Positions 1 to 7,269 of a stretch of 35,982 bases of DNA are shown here, one piece after another. The position numbers were made by a program, and so were the translations under genes. The notes below the pieces were generated by a model, which was not told the DNA's origin, ran no database searches, and worked only from the letters and a program-made list of their open reading frames with translations. The stretch's first letter is position 1; the number at the start of each line of letters is the position of its first letter. This stretch comes from a bacterium. Its GTDB lineage: Bacteria; Patescibacteriota; Minisyncoccia; Phycocordibacterales; UBA9973. The DNA is taken from assembly GCA_021813175.1 (NCBI GenBank), contig JAKALJ010000002.1, positions 1 through 35,982 of the forward strand, in the 5' to 3' direction.

Positions 1-454
1 AAGTAAAGCTCCAGGAGCCGCCCGGTTCCACCCCCGCGCATTCATCAAAAGCGGTATTGGCCGTATCCGGGCAATGCGCATCAAGAGAGGTGCCGCTATA
101 GAGAGTATGGCTCGGATGGACAGCGGACGCGGTCCACATCGAGTTTGAGCTCTGATTTTTCCAAGTTACAGTATCGCCGGATTTTATGGTAATAGTGCTG
201 GGGAAATAGCCGTTATCAGTATAGGTAACGACATTCTCTTTTTTCTGCGGTTCAGCCTGGCTCTGTTCATTGGCTGGTTGCTGTTCCGTTTGAGAAGAAG
301 CCGTTTGATTGTCAGTCGAAGTTTGCCCGGTGGAATCCTGGTTTTGGGCGGAACTCTGACTTTGGTACGAGGAGGGTGAATTACCGAGTAAGAGATAGCC
401 ACCCAGGACAATCACGGCCAGAACAATGACAGTGGTAATAACTTTTTTATTCAT
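1..454 (-). CDS. Membrane-anchored/secreted cupredoxin-like domain protein (partial, runs off window start)
   Basis: Missing from the ORF track because it has no stop codon in the window. ATG at 454-452 reads MNKKVITTVIVLAVIVLGGYLLLGNSPSSYQSQSSAQNQ...ENVVTYTDNGYFPSTITIKSGDTVTWKNQSSNSMWTASAVHPSHTLYSGTSLDAHCPD... The order is a hydrophobic N-terminal anchor, a Q/S/T-rich linker, then a beta-type segment with GDTVTW and HPSH motifs as in cupredoxin folds. The frame stays open to position 2. Confidence 0.5.
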   Translation of the reverse strand, partial: MNKKVITTVIVLAVIVLGGYLLLGNSPSSYQSQSSAQNQDSTGQTSTDNQTASSQTEQQPANEQSQAEPQKKENVVTYTDNGYFPSTITIKSGDTVTWKNQSSNSMWTASAVHPSHTLYSGTSLDAHCPDTANTAFDECAGVEPGGSWSFT

Positions 455-463
455 AATATATTG

Positions 464-862
464 CTATTGATTAATAATTTTTTTCGACTTTTTTAAGGGA
501 ATTGTCTTAAGAAAATTTTCCGGCAAGCAGTCTATGAAGAGAGCCGCGCTCGCCGCGAAGATGGCGATGTCCCGCACCGTAATATCGGTGATACCGCTTA
601 CGGTGAGAACCACCACCATATGCAGGGCGCCAAGCAGAGCGGCCAGCCATACCAGAGTATCAGTAAGAAGCAAAAATCCGATTAGAATATCCAAAACCGC
701 CGTTCCGAGCATCACCTCTTTTATGGGCACGGTTAAAAGTTTGGCGGCCCAAGGTTGAATATAACCGCTCCAGGCCTCCGGCTGTTTGATAATCAAAACA
801 CCTATCCACAGAAAGGTAACAGCCGTCCCGACTCTCAAGATATGAAATGAGGTTTTTTTCAC
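464..862 (-). CDS. Small integral membrane protein, DoxX-like
   Basis: 132-aa ORF with about 4 hydrophobic helices (VGTAVTFLWIGVLII, LGTAVLDILIGFLLL, LAALLGALHMVVVLTV, IAIFAASAALFI). It is tightly packed between the VKOR and cupredoxin genes. Confidence 0.4.
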   Translation of the reverse strand: MKKTSFHILRVGTAVTFLWIGVLIIKQPEAWSGYIQPWAAKLLTVPIKEVMLGTAVLDILIGFLLLTDTLVWLAALLGALHMVVVLTVSGITDITVRDIAIFAASAALFIDCLPENFLKTIPLKKSKKIINQ

Positions 863-877
863 AATCGTAATATTATA

Positions 878-1282
878 TCACATGCCGGCTAATATTATAA
901 TTCCCATAATCCATATGGTCAGGGCGGACATCAAGCACCAAAAACACCAAGCCCGGATGACTCGCCATTGCAGGAAAGTAAAAAAGAAAGAAAGCATAGC
1001 CGCCACCGCCACTAAAAGATATTGCAAGAAACGCCACAGAGGGACCGGGGCGATGCCGATGACTAAAAATGCGGATAGAATGCCGATGGCCACATAGGCC
1101 AAAAATCCCAGCACATCGTTCGGAAGTATAAAAATCTTCCGATATTTGCTGTCCAACACCACACTGCAATCTTCCCCGATGGGGCACACCGGTTTTTCCG
1201 CGGCTATTCGGGCGCGGATCAAATAAATTGTTTCACTGATACCGATTGCCGACAAAGTAAAAAGTAATGCTAAGGATGTCAT
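878..1282 (-). CDS. Vitamin K epoxide reductase (VKOR) family membrane protein
   Basis: 134 aa with four TM helices, a loop cysteine pair (CPIGEDC) and a CxxC (CFWC) at the start of the last helix. This is the VKOR four-cysteine layout. Confidence 0.7.
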   Translation of the reverse strand: MTSLALLFTLSAIGISETIYLIRARIAAEKPVCPIGEDCSVVLDSKYRKIFILPNDVLGFLAYVAIGILSAFLVIGIAPVPLWRFLQYLLVAVAAMLSFFFTFLQWRVIRAWCFWCLMSALTIWIMGIIILAGM

Positions 1283-1334
1283 ACTGGTTTAGTCTAGCAA
1301 AGTTGTGAGTATGTAGTCGAATTCCATAAAATTG

Positions 1335-1408
1335 TCCGCCCTCTAGGATTCGAACCTAGGACCCCAGAGGTATAAGCTCTGTGCTCTAACCAACTGAGCT
1401 AAGGGCGG
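1335..1408 (-). tRNA. tRNA-Ile with anticodon UAU (no encoded CCA)
   Basis: The reverse complement reads CCGCCCT-TA-GCTC-AGTTGGTTA-GAGC-A-CAGAG-CTTATAC-CTCTG-GGGTC-CTAGG-TTCGAAT-CCTAG-AGGGCGG-A. This gives a perfect cloverleaf: 7-bp acceptor, 4-bp D stem, 5-bp anticodon stem and 5-bp T stem with a TTCGAAT loop. The anticodon loop C-U-UAU-A-C gives anticodon UAU, and the first pair is C1-G72. Confidence 0.9.
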
Positions 1409-1429
1409 ATTTACACTATCTTACAATTT

Positions 1430-3352
1430 CTACCCTTCTATAACAACCTCCGGCTCCTCTTTTTTCTTCAGCATTATGCCGTGGGCCACCAAGATTTTTT
1501 CATATTCATCCTGCTCCAGAGTTTCCACTTCTATCAGTTTTTTGGCAATAGCTTCAAAGACTTTTTTATGCTCCTTCAGCGCTTTTTCCGCCGTCTTGAT
1601 GCCGTTGCCGATAATTTTAGAAACTTCCGCGTCAATTTTTGCCGCTACCGCTTCGGAATACTTATCCTCGCGCATCTCTCCCCAAATCGGTTTTCCTTCA
1701 CTGGGGGTGAGAGATATCGGCCCGATGGCACTGCTCATGCCGAAGCGGGTAACCATGGCCCGAGCTAAATTGCTGGCCATTTCCAGATCGCTTGAGGGGC
1801 CGGTGGTAATATCCCCGAACATGATTTTTTCCGCCACATATCCGCCCAAGGACATGGCAATGTCATCTATAAATTCCTTCCTGGACTGCAGTCGGCGTTC
1901 TTCCAAAGGAAGTTTTAAAGTATAGCCTCCGGCCCGTCCGCGGGCGATAATGGAAACCTTATGCACCGGATCGGCGTGGGGCAAGACCGAAGCCACGATA
2001 GCATGTCCGGCTTCGTGATAGGCGGTGATTTCTTTTTCTTTCTTTGAAAGCAGGTGGCTTTTGCGCTCCGGCCCGAGCATCACTTTTTCAATGGAGCGGA
2101 TCAAGTCAAATTGGAAAACTTTTTTGCGATTCTCCCGGGCCGCCAGAATGGCGCCTTCATTCATGAGCGAATACAGATCCGCTCCTGAAAATCCGGGAGT
2201 GCGCTCGGCGATAAGTTTTAGATTCACGTCTTCGGAGAGAGGCTTTGACTTGGCGTGGATTTTCAGAATTTCTTCGCGGTCGTTTCGGTCCGGCAGATCC
2301 AACACCACTTTGCGATCAAAGCGTCCGGGCCGAATAAGGGCGGGGTCCAACACATCACCCCGGTTGGTGGCCGCCATCACCACGATTTTTTCATTCGGCT
2401 CAAAACCGTCCATTTCCACTAAAATTTGATTGAGAGTCTGTTCTCGCTCATCGTTCCCTCCGCCGAATCCGCCTCCCCGAGTGCGGCCGATGGCGTCTAT
2501 TTCGTCGATAAAAATTATGGCCGGGGCGGATTTCTTGGCATTCCGAAACAGATCGCGCACCCTGCTGCTTCCGACCCCCACGAACATTTCCACAAATTCC
2601 GAACCGGAGATATTAAAGAAAGGGACGCTGGCCTCTCCGGCTACCGCCCGAGCCAGCATAGTCTTGCCGGTACCGGGCGCTCCGGTCAGAATCACACCCT
2701 TTGGGATACGGGCTCCGATGTCCAGGAATTTTTTGGGGTTTTTCAGAAAATCCACTATCTCCTTCAGCTCTTCCTTCGCTTCTTTGCACCCGGCCACGTC
2801 TTTGAAGGTGATGCGGTTGTTGGTGTCCGAAGGATCGGTAATGCGCGCCTTGGATTGGCCAAAAGTGAAGGCCTGCATGCCCGCCCCTTTCACTTGCCGG
2901 GAAATATACCAGAAAAAAATGACGATAAAAATGATGGGTAAGAGATAGGGCAGAATATTAAGAGTCCAATAACCAAAACCGTCTTGGTTTTGAATTGAGA
3001 GTTCAGTGGAATCAAGCGCTTGTTTGCTTACTCCGTAATTGGCTAAGGTGGCGGAGAGAGAGGCCTCCGTTTCTTTTTTGGAATTTTTTACTTCCTTGTC
3101 TTTGTAGAGCACAGTCAGGTCGTTCCCTTGCACCGTTATCTTGGAAACCTTGCCGGCGGAGACGTCCGCGGCCAGCTGAGAAATCGGAATCACGGGATTG
3201 CCCTCGGAAGCGCCGGAAATCAGGAGATATACGGCGATGATGACCATAAATATCAAGATCACCGAAGCGATACTGCCGGCCATGCCGGGCCCCTTGAGAG
3301 GTTTTTTTTTCCCGTCGTCTTTTGGCTTAGGGTTCATAAGATTAAGGTCCAT
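1430..3352 (-). CDS. ftsH: ATP-dependent zinc metalloprotease FtsH
   Basis: 640 aa with two N-terminal TM segments, AAA+ Walker A GAPGTGKT, Walker B IIFIDEID, and the zinc motif HEAGHAIV. Confidence 0.97.
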   Translation of the reverse strand: MDLNLMNPKPKDDGKKKPLKGPGMAGSIASVILIFMVIIAVYLLISGASEGNPVIPISQLAADVSAGKVSKITVQGNDLTVLYKDKEVKNSKKETEASLSATLANYGVSKQALDSTELSIQNQDGFGYWTLNILPYLLPIIFIVIFFWYISRQVKGAGMQAFTFGQSKARITDPSDTNNRITFKDVAGCKEAKEELKEIVDFLKNPKKFLDIGARIPKGVILTGAPGTGKTMLARAVAGEASVPFFNISGSEFVEMFVGVGSSRVRDLFRNAKKSAPAIIFIDEIDAIGRTRGGGFGGGNDEREQTLNQILVEMDGFEPNEKIVVMAATNRGDVLDPALIRPGRFDRKVVLDLPDRNDREEILKIHAKSKPLSEDVNLKLIAERTPGFSGADLYSLMNEGAILAARENRKKVFQFDLIRSIEKVMLGPERKSHLLSKKEKEITAYHEAGHAIVASVLPHADPVHKVSIIARGRAGGYTLKLPLEERRLQSRKEFIDDIAMSLGGYVAEKIMFGDITTGPSSDLEMASNLARAMVTRFGMSSAIGPISLTPSEGKPIWGEMREDKYSEAVAAKIDAEVSKIIGNGIKTAEKALKEHKKVFEAIAKKLIEVETLEQDEYEKILVAHGIMLKKKEEPEVVIEG

Positions 3353-3358
3353 TTTGGC

Positions 3359-3367
3359 AGTATAGCA
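3359..3367 (-). promoter_or_regulatory. Extended -10 box TGcTATACT, 6 nt upstream of the ftsH ATG
   Basis: The minus strand reads TGCTATACT-gccaaa-ATG(3352). The spacing predicts a leaderless or near-leaderless transcript. Confidence 0.45.
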
Positions 3368-3398
3368 CGAAAATCAGCCGAATGAAATCGCCCTAATG

Positions 3399-3407
3399 TG
3401 ATAGAAT
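3399..3407 (+). promoter_or_regulatory. Extended -10 box TGaTAGAAT, 6 nt upstream of the smpB ATG
   Basis: The plus strand reads TGATAGAAT-tgccgt-ATG(3414). This is the same geometry as the ftsH and orf103 boxes. Confidence 0.45.
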
Positions 3408-3413
3408 TGCCGT

Positions 3414-3860
3414 ATGGCTAATTACGCGGAAAACAAAAAAACCCGGTTTGAGTACGAGATTCTGGAAAGATACGAAGCGGGCATAGAGCTCTCCGGCATG
3501 GAGACAAAATCAGCGCGCGAGGGCAAGATGTCCTTGGAAGGTTCTTTCATAATTATCCGGGGAGGAGAAGCATTTCTGATTAACGCCAACATTACTCCCT
3601 TCCAACCGAGAAACGCCGGCGCGGATTATGACCCGCTCCGCAACCGCCGACTGCTCTTGACCAAAAAAGAAATTTTTGAGCTCGCGTCCGTAGAAAAGAA
3701 CAAAAGTTTGACAATTGTGCCTCTGTCGGTGTATAATAAAGGCAAGAAGATCAAGCTCAGTATCGCTATTGCTCGCGGCAAGAAGAATCATGACAAACGC
3801 GAAAGCATAAAGAAGCGCGATACGGAACGCGAGCTTCGTAGAACTTTGAAAGATTACTGA
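3414..3860 (+). CDS. smpB: SsrA-binding protein SmpB
   Basis: 148 aa. The N terminus NKKTRFEYEILERYEAGIELSGMETKS and the basic C-terminal tail are typical of SmpB, and tmRNA lies immediately downstream. Confidence 0.93.
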   Translation: MANYAENKKTRFEYEILERYEAGIELSGMETKSAREGKMSLEGSFIIIRGGEAFLINANITPFQPRNAGADYDPLRNRRLLLTKKEIFELASVEKNKSLTIVPLSVYNKGKKIKLSIAIARGKKNHDKRESIKKRDTERELRRTLKDY

Positions 3861-3883
3861 CACTGAATACGTCAATATGGCAC

Positions 3884-4038
3884 AGCAGTAGGAAAAGATA
3901 ATGCCCTGCTCATCGCGCGTTCCGGCCTGCTGGCCGGCCGCTATGCTCGTCGCTCGAAGAAAATTATGGTCGGAGTACCTCCCTAATTTTCTAAGCTCCT
4001 GCGCAATGATTCGCCGAGCATTATCTTTTCCTACTGCT
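3884..4038. repeat. Nested palindromic intergenic element, copy 1
   Basis: A perfect 21-bp outer stem (3884-3904 agcagtaggaaaagataatgc / 4018-4038) encloses three inner parts. These are hairpin ccggcc-tgct-ggccgg (3922-3937), the core gctcgtcgctcgaagaaaatta, and taattttctaagctcctgcgcaa. Both core segments recur almost identically at 7973-8053. Confidence 0.85.
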
Positions 4039-4061
4039 TACCGAAAAAACAATAACCTCAC

Positions 4062-4476
4062 GGGGATGCCAGGCATAGACAAAAGGCCTGCTCGCCCGAA
4101 TGCATGCCGAGTATGAGCGCAAACTCGCTAAACTTCGCTCAAAACGTTAATTGCAAAATTAACCGCTAAGGCCAAAGCTCTGGTCTCTCCGTACTTCGGT
4201 GCGAAGGACTTCGCTTTCGCTCCGGCTTTCGTTTAAGAAGGCCGGTGTCTCCCCTCTCTACTTCCGATAAAGAGGGAAAGGCATAACATTATCGGAATAG
4301 GAAGAGATTTTTTCCTGGTCTCTCTCCAAATCCGCCAGCTGGCGGATAAGGAATCGGCTTTCGGATATTTGGCTCGCTTCTGAATCCGGGAGCTTAAAAC
4401 CGCAAAGCGCGCTACGCATGTAGACTTTCCGGCGGCACTCTTTTGCACGGGGATTCAATTTCCCCCATCTCCACCA
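4062..4476 (+). ncRNA. ssrA: tmRNA (SsrA), about 415 nt
   Basis: The 5' GGGGAUG pairs with 3' CAUCUCC, including a G3-U70 wobble, followed by A-CCA (4473-4476). The T-arm is GGGGA-UUCAAUU-UCCCC, and the gene follows smpB. The likely tag frame starts at GCA 4153 (preceded by UUAAUU) and ends at TAA 4234-4236, giving AKLTAKAKALVSPYFGAKDFAFAPAFV. A shorter resume at GCG 4201 (AKDFAFAPAFV) cannot be excluded. Confidence 0.85.
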
Positions 4477-4519
4477 TAAAAAAAGAAAGACCTGAACGGT
4501 CTTTCTTTTTTTATGGTGG
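4471..4519 (+). terminator. Intrinsic terminator / 22-bp perfect palindrome overlapping the tmRNA 3' end
   Basis: ccaccataaaaaaagaaagacc-tgaac-ggtctttctttttttatggtgg. The GC core gaaagacc/ggtctttc is followed by a T tract. Confidence 0.75.
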
Positions 4520-4564
4520 TACATAAGCGGGAAATTGAATAGCCGGAGCGAGCAAATTTTCCGT

Positions 4565-4593
4565 TTGACTTCACGGCTAAAATAAGCTAGACT
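4565..4593 (+). promoter_or_regulatory. Putative sigma70-type promoter for infC-rpmI-rplT
   Basis: TTGACT-N17-TAGACT, about 40 nt upstream of the infC start. Confidence 0.45.
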
Positions 4594-4633
4594 GCCAGCA
4601 TAATTCTCCCAGTAAGGAGATTTTAATGTAGGC

Positions 4634-5140
4634 TTGCGAGAAAGAATAAACAATCAAATAAGGGCTAAAGAGCTTCGGGTAATCGGAAGCGGAAACGAAA
4701 ATCTGGGTGTTTTGAGCTTTAAGGAAGCTTTGGCTAAAGCGGAAGAAGCGGGTCTCGACCTGATAGAAATATCTCCAAACGCCTTGCCACCGGTGGCCAA
4801 GATTATGGAGTATGGCAAGTATCAGTACGAAGCAAGCAAAAAACAAAAGAAAGCAAAACGGGGCGGCAAGCCCACCGAAACGAAATCAATCCAGGTAAAA
4901 ATCGGCACCGGGGAGCACGATCTGGCCCTGAAAGCCAAGACTGCCTCCAAATGGCTTTCCGAAGGACACCGGATTAAAGTAGAATTATACTTATCCGGCC
5001 GGTCCAAATTCATGGATCAGAAATTTTTGGAAGAACGCTTGAATCGGGTTCTGCGCTTGATTACCGAAAATTACAAGATTTCAGAAAATTATAAAAAGGG
5101 TCCAAAAGGGCTGTCCATAACCATAGAAAGAGCAAAATAA
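4634..5140 (+). CDS. infC: Translation initiation factor IF-3
   Basis: 168 aa, with INNQIRAKELRVIGSGNENLGVL and the C-terminal domain KSIQVKIGTGEHDLALKAK. The track start is TTG at 4634, with an in-frame stop at 4613-4615. A non-ATG start is expected for infC. Confidence 0.92.
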   Translation: MRERINNQIRAKELRVIGSGNENLGVLSFKEALAKAEEAGLDLIEISPNALPPVAKIMEYGKYQYEASKKQKKAKRGGKPTETKSIQVKIGTGEHDLALKAKTASKWLSEGHRIKVELYLSGRSKFMDQKFLEERLNRVLRLITENYKISENYKKGPKGLSITIERAK

Positions 5141-5325
5141 TGAAAACAAACAAGTCATACACCAAGCGGCTGAAAATCACCCGCAAAGGAAAAATAATCG
5201 CCCGGAAGCCCGGCTTCAACCATTTCAATGCCAAGCAGTCCCGCACCACCCAGCTTGCGGGCCGAAAGGGCAGAAATTTCAAGATAAAGAACAAAGAGAA
5301 AAGTTTTCTATTACCATTTAGCTAA
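5140..5325 (+). CDS. rpmI: 50S ribosomal protein L35
   Basis: 61 aa, basic (MKTNKSYTKRLKITRKGKIIARKPG.NH). It sits in the classic infC-rpmI-rplT order. Confidence 0.9.
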   Translation: MKTNKSYTKRLKITRKGKIIARKPGFNHFNAKQSRTTQLAGRKGRNFKIKNKEKSFLLPFS

Positions 5326-5339
5326 AACATCTTTTAACC

Positions 5340-5684
5340 ATGACTAGGGTAAAAAAGGGCGTGCACGCCCTAAAAAGAAGAAGGAGCATCTTGAAACAAG
5401 CCAAAGGTTTTCGCCACGGACGGAGCAAAAAGGAACGGGCCGCTAAAGAGGCCCTCTTGCACGCCGGGGCCTACGCTTTCGCCCACCGTCGGGATAAAAA
5501 ATCACACAACCGGAAACTCTGGAACATCAAGGTGAACGCCCAAGCGCGGCAGAACGGCATGAGCTATTCAAAACTGATCGGAGCCCTGAAAAAGAAAAAA
5601 ATAATGTTGGACCGGAAGATTCTGGCGGATTTGGCGGAACACCGTCCGGAAACTTTTGCCAGAGTTTTAGAAAAGGTGAAATAA
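5340..5684 (+). CDS. rplT: 50S ribosomal protein L20
   Basis: 114 aa, with MTRVKKGVHALKRRRSILKQAKGFRHGRSK and NRKLWNIKVNAQARQNGMSYSKLI. Confidence 0.95.
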   Translation: MTRVKKGVHALKRRRSILKQAKGFRHGRSKKERAAKEALLHAGAYAFAHRRDKKSHNRKLWNIKVNAQARQNGMSYSKLIGALKKKKIMLDRKILADLAEHRPETFARVLEKVK

Positions 5685-5687
5685 TAG

Positions 5688-5733
5688 CCCGTCCCGCCGC
5701 TATCCGCCGACTGGCGGATAGCGGCGGGACGGG
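5688..5733 (+). terminator. 21-bp perfect hairpin after rplT (no strong U tract)
   Basis: cccgtcccgccgctatccgcc-gact-ggcggatagcggcgggacggg. The inner 16 nt belong to the tccgcc-NNNN-ggcgga hairpin family. Confidence 0.55.
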
Positions 5734-5743
5734 CCCCTTTGGT

Positions 5744-6745
5744 ATGTCTCAAAAAAAGAAAAAAATAGTGACCGTGGGCGGAGGCACCGGGAGCTATACA
5801 GTACTTTCCGGCCTGAAAAATCTTGAAGGAATTTCTCTTACTGCTATAGTGTCCATGGCGGACAACGGCGGATCTACCCGCATCTTGCGTGACGAATTGG
5901 GGGTGCTGCCCCCGGGGGACGTGCGCCAGTGCCTGGTGGCTCTTTCTGAACATTCAGAGGCGGTGCGGAAACTGATGAGCTATCGGTTCGCTCATGGAAG
6001 TTTGAAAAGCCACAGCTTTGGGAACATTCTCTTGGCCGCCCTGGAGAAAGTTACCGGCAGATTCAGCCAAGGGGTGAGAGTGGCCTCGGAAATATTGAAG
6101 GTGAAAGGAGAAGTAATTCCGGTTACCGACAACGAAGCGGATTTGTGTATTTCCCTTACCGGAGGAAAAAAAATAAAAGGACAAATAGAGATTGGGAATA
6201 CCGATTTACAAAAAAAAGGGTTTAAAAAAATTTTTTTCGCGAAGAAAGTAAAACTGAACGAAAGAGCCAGGGAGGCTCTCTTGGCCGCGGATTACGTAAT
6301 CATAGGTCCCGGCACTTATTATGAATCGCTGGTCCCCAATCTGATAGTTCCCGAATTTAAGAAAACCTTGAAAAAGAGCGGAGCAAAAATAATCCTACCG
6401 GTGAATCTAACCAATAAGAAAGGGCACACCCTCTATTGGAAGGCAAGCGACTATGTGAAAAACACGGAAAAATATCTTGGTCGGCAAGTTGACTTTGTTT
6501 TATTAAACAACCAGCCGCCTTCCCTCGCCCAAATACGCAAATATAAGCTCAAAGAGGGAGATGGGGTACTGGTAGAGGACGATTTTTTTGATCCGAGGGC
6601 GGTGCGCAGACCGCTAATTTCCCACGCTTTAATAAAATACGACAAGAATGATGTGCGGCAAAAATTTAGGAGCTTTATCCGGCATGATTCAAAAAAAATT
6701 GCCAAGAGTGTGGCGGAAATAATAAAAAGGAAGATACCGAGATGA
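5744..6745 (+). CDS. YvcK/CofD-like (UPF0052, gluconeogenesis factor family) protein
   Basis: 333 aa. KIVTVGGGTGSYTVLSGLK...TAIVSMADNGGSTRILRDELGVLPPGDVRQCLVALS matches the YvcK/CofD N-terminal signature. Confidence 0.8.
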   Translation: MSQKKKKIVTVGGGTGSYTVLSGLKNLEGISLTAIVSMADNGGSTRILRDELGVLPPGDVRQCLVALSEHSEAVRKLMSYRFAHGSLKSHSFGNILLAALEKVTGRFSQGVRVASEILKVKGEVIPVTDNEADLCISLTGGKKIKGQIEIGNTDLQKKGFKKIFFAKKVKLNERAREALLAADYVIIGPGTYYESLVPNLIVPEFKKTLKKSGAKIILPVNLTNKKGHTLYWKASDYVKNTEKYLGRQVDFVLLNNQPPSLAQIRKYKLKEGDGVLVEDDFFDPRAVRRPLISHALIKYDKNDVRQKFRSFIRHDSKKIAKSVAEIIKRKIPR

Positions 6746-7269
6746 AACTGATTCTAGACTTTGATGATGTGCTGTTCAAGAACACCCCTGAATTCAAGGA
6801 CTGGATGTTTTCGGTAATCGCCGAAGCGGGAGTGATGAGGAAGAAAGCGGAAGCGGAATACAAGAAAGTTCGGATGGACCAGTTCTCTCTGCGCAATTTT
6901 CTGACCGGTTTAATTGGAAACGATGATATTTATAAAAAAATAATATCTATATGCTCAAAGTTGGTAAATGAAGAAATGATAGCGTCAGCGCGCCAAACCG
7001 GCCGGGAAAACTGTTACTTGGTCACCAACGGTGATAGGGAGTTCCAGGAGGATAAGATTAGGAGAAGTGGTATTGTCCCACTTTTTAAGGAAATCCATAT
7101 CTTGCCGGGAAGCAAGAAGGAAGTTATAGAAAAGATATGCCAGAAAAATCCGGGAGAGGAGATAATTTTTTACGATGACAAGGAAAAATTCTTCGCCGAT
7201 CTGGACAGGCGTAAATATCCGAATTTAAAGACTGTTTTGTACAAAAGAGGCGAACCTTTGGAACTCTAG
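6742..7269 (+). CDS. HAD-superfamily hydrolase-like protein
   Basis: 175 aa with motif I DFDDVL at the N terminus, LVTNGD, and a late YDDK acidic motif. It overlaps the upstream gene by 4 nt. Confidence 0.55.
   Translation: MKLILDFDDVLFKNTPEFKDWMFSVIAEAGVMRKKAEAEYKKVRMDQFSLRNFLTGLIGNDDIYKKIISICSKLVNEEMIASARQTGRENCYLVTNGDREFQEDKIRRSGIVPLFKEIHILPGSKKEVIEKICQKNPGEEIIFYDDKEKFFADLDRRKYPNLKTVLYKRGEPLEL

Noticed and set aside
184-411. 75-aa minus-strand ORF from the track (MSWVAISYSVIHPPRTKVRVPPK...)
   Set aside because: It is a low-complexity, Arg/Pro-rich product in an alternative frame of a much better partial gene (1-454, cupredoxin-like with signal anchor). That gene is absent from the track only because it lacks a stop codon in the window.
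3901-4653. Track ORFs 3901-4116(+), 4233-4448(-) and 4258-4653(-)
   Set aside because: They overlap the nested repeat, the tmRNA and its terminator. The tmRNA fold (acceptor with G3-U70, T-arm, CCA) explains the region, and the peptide sequences look non-protein-like.
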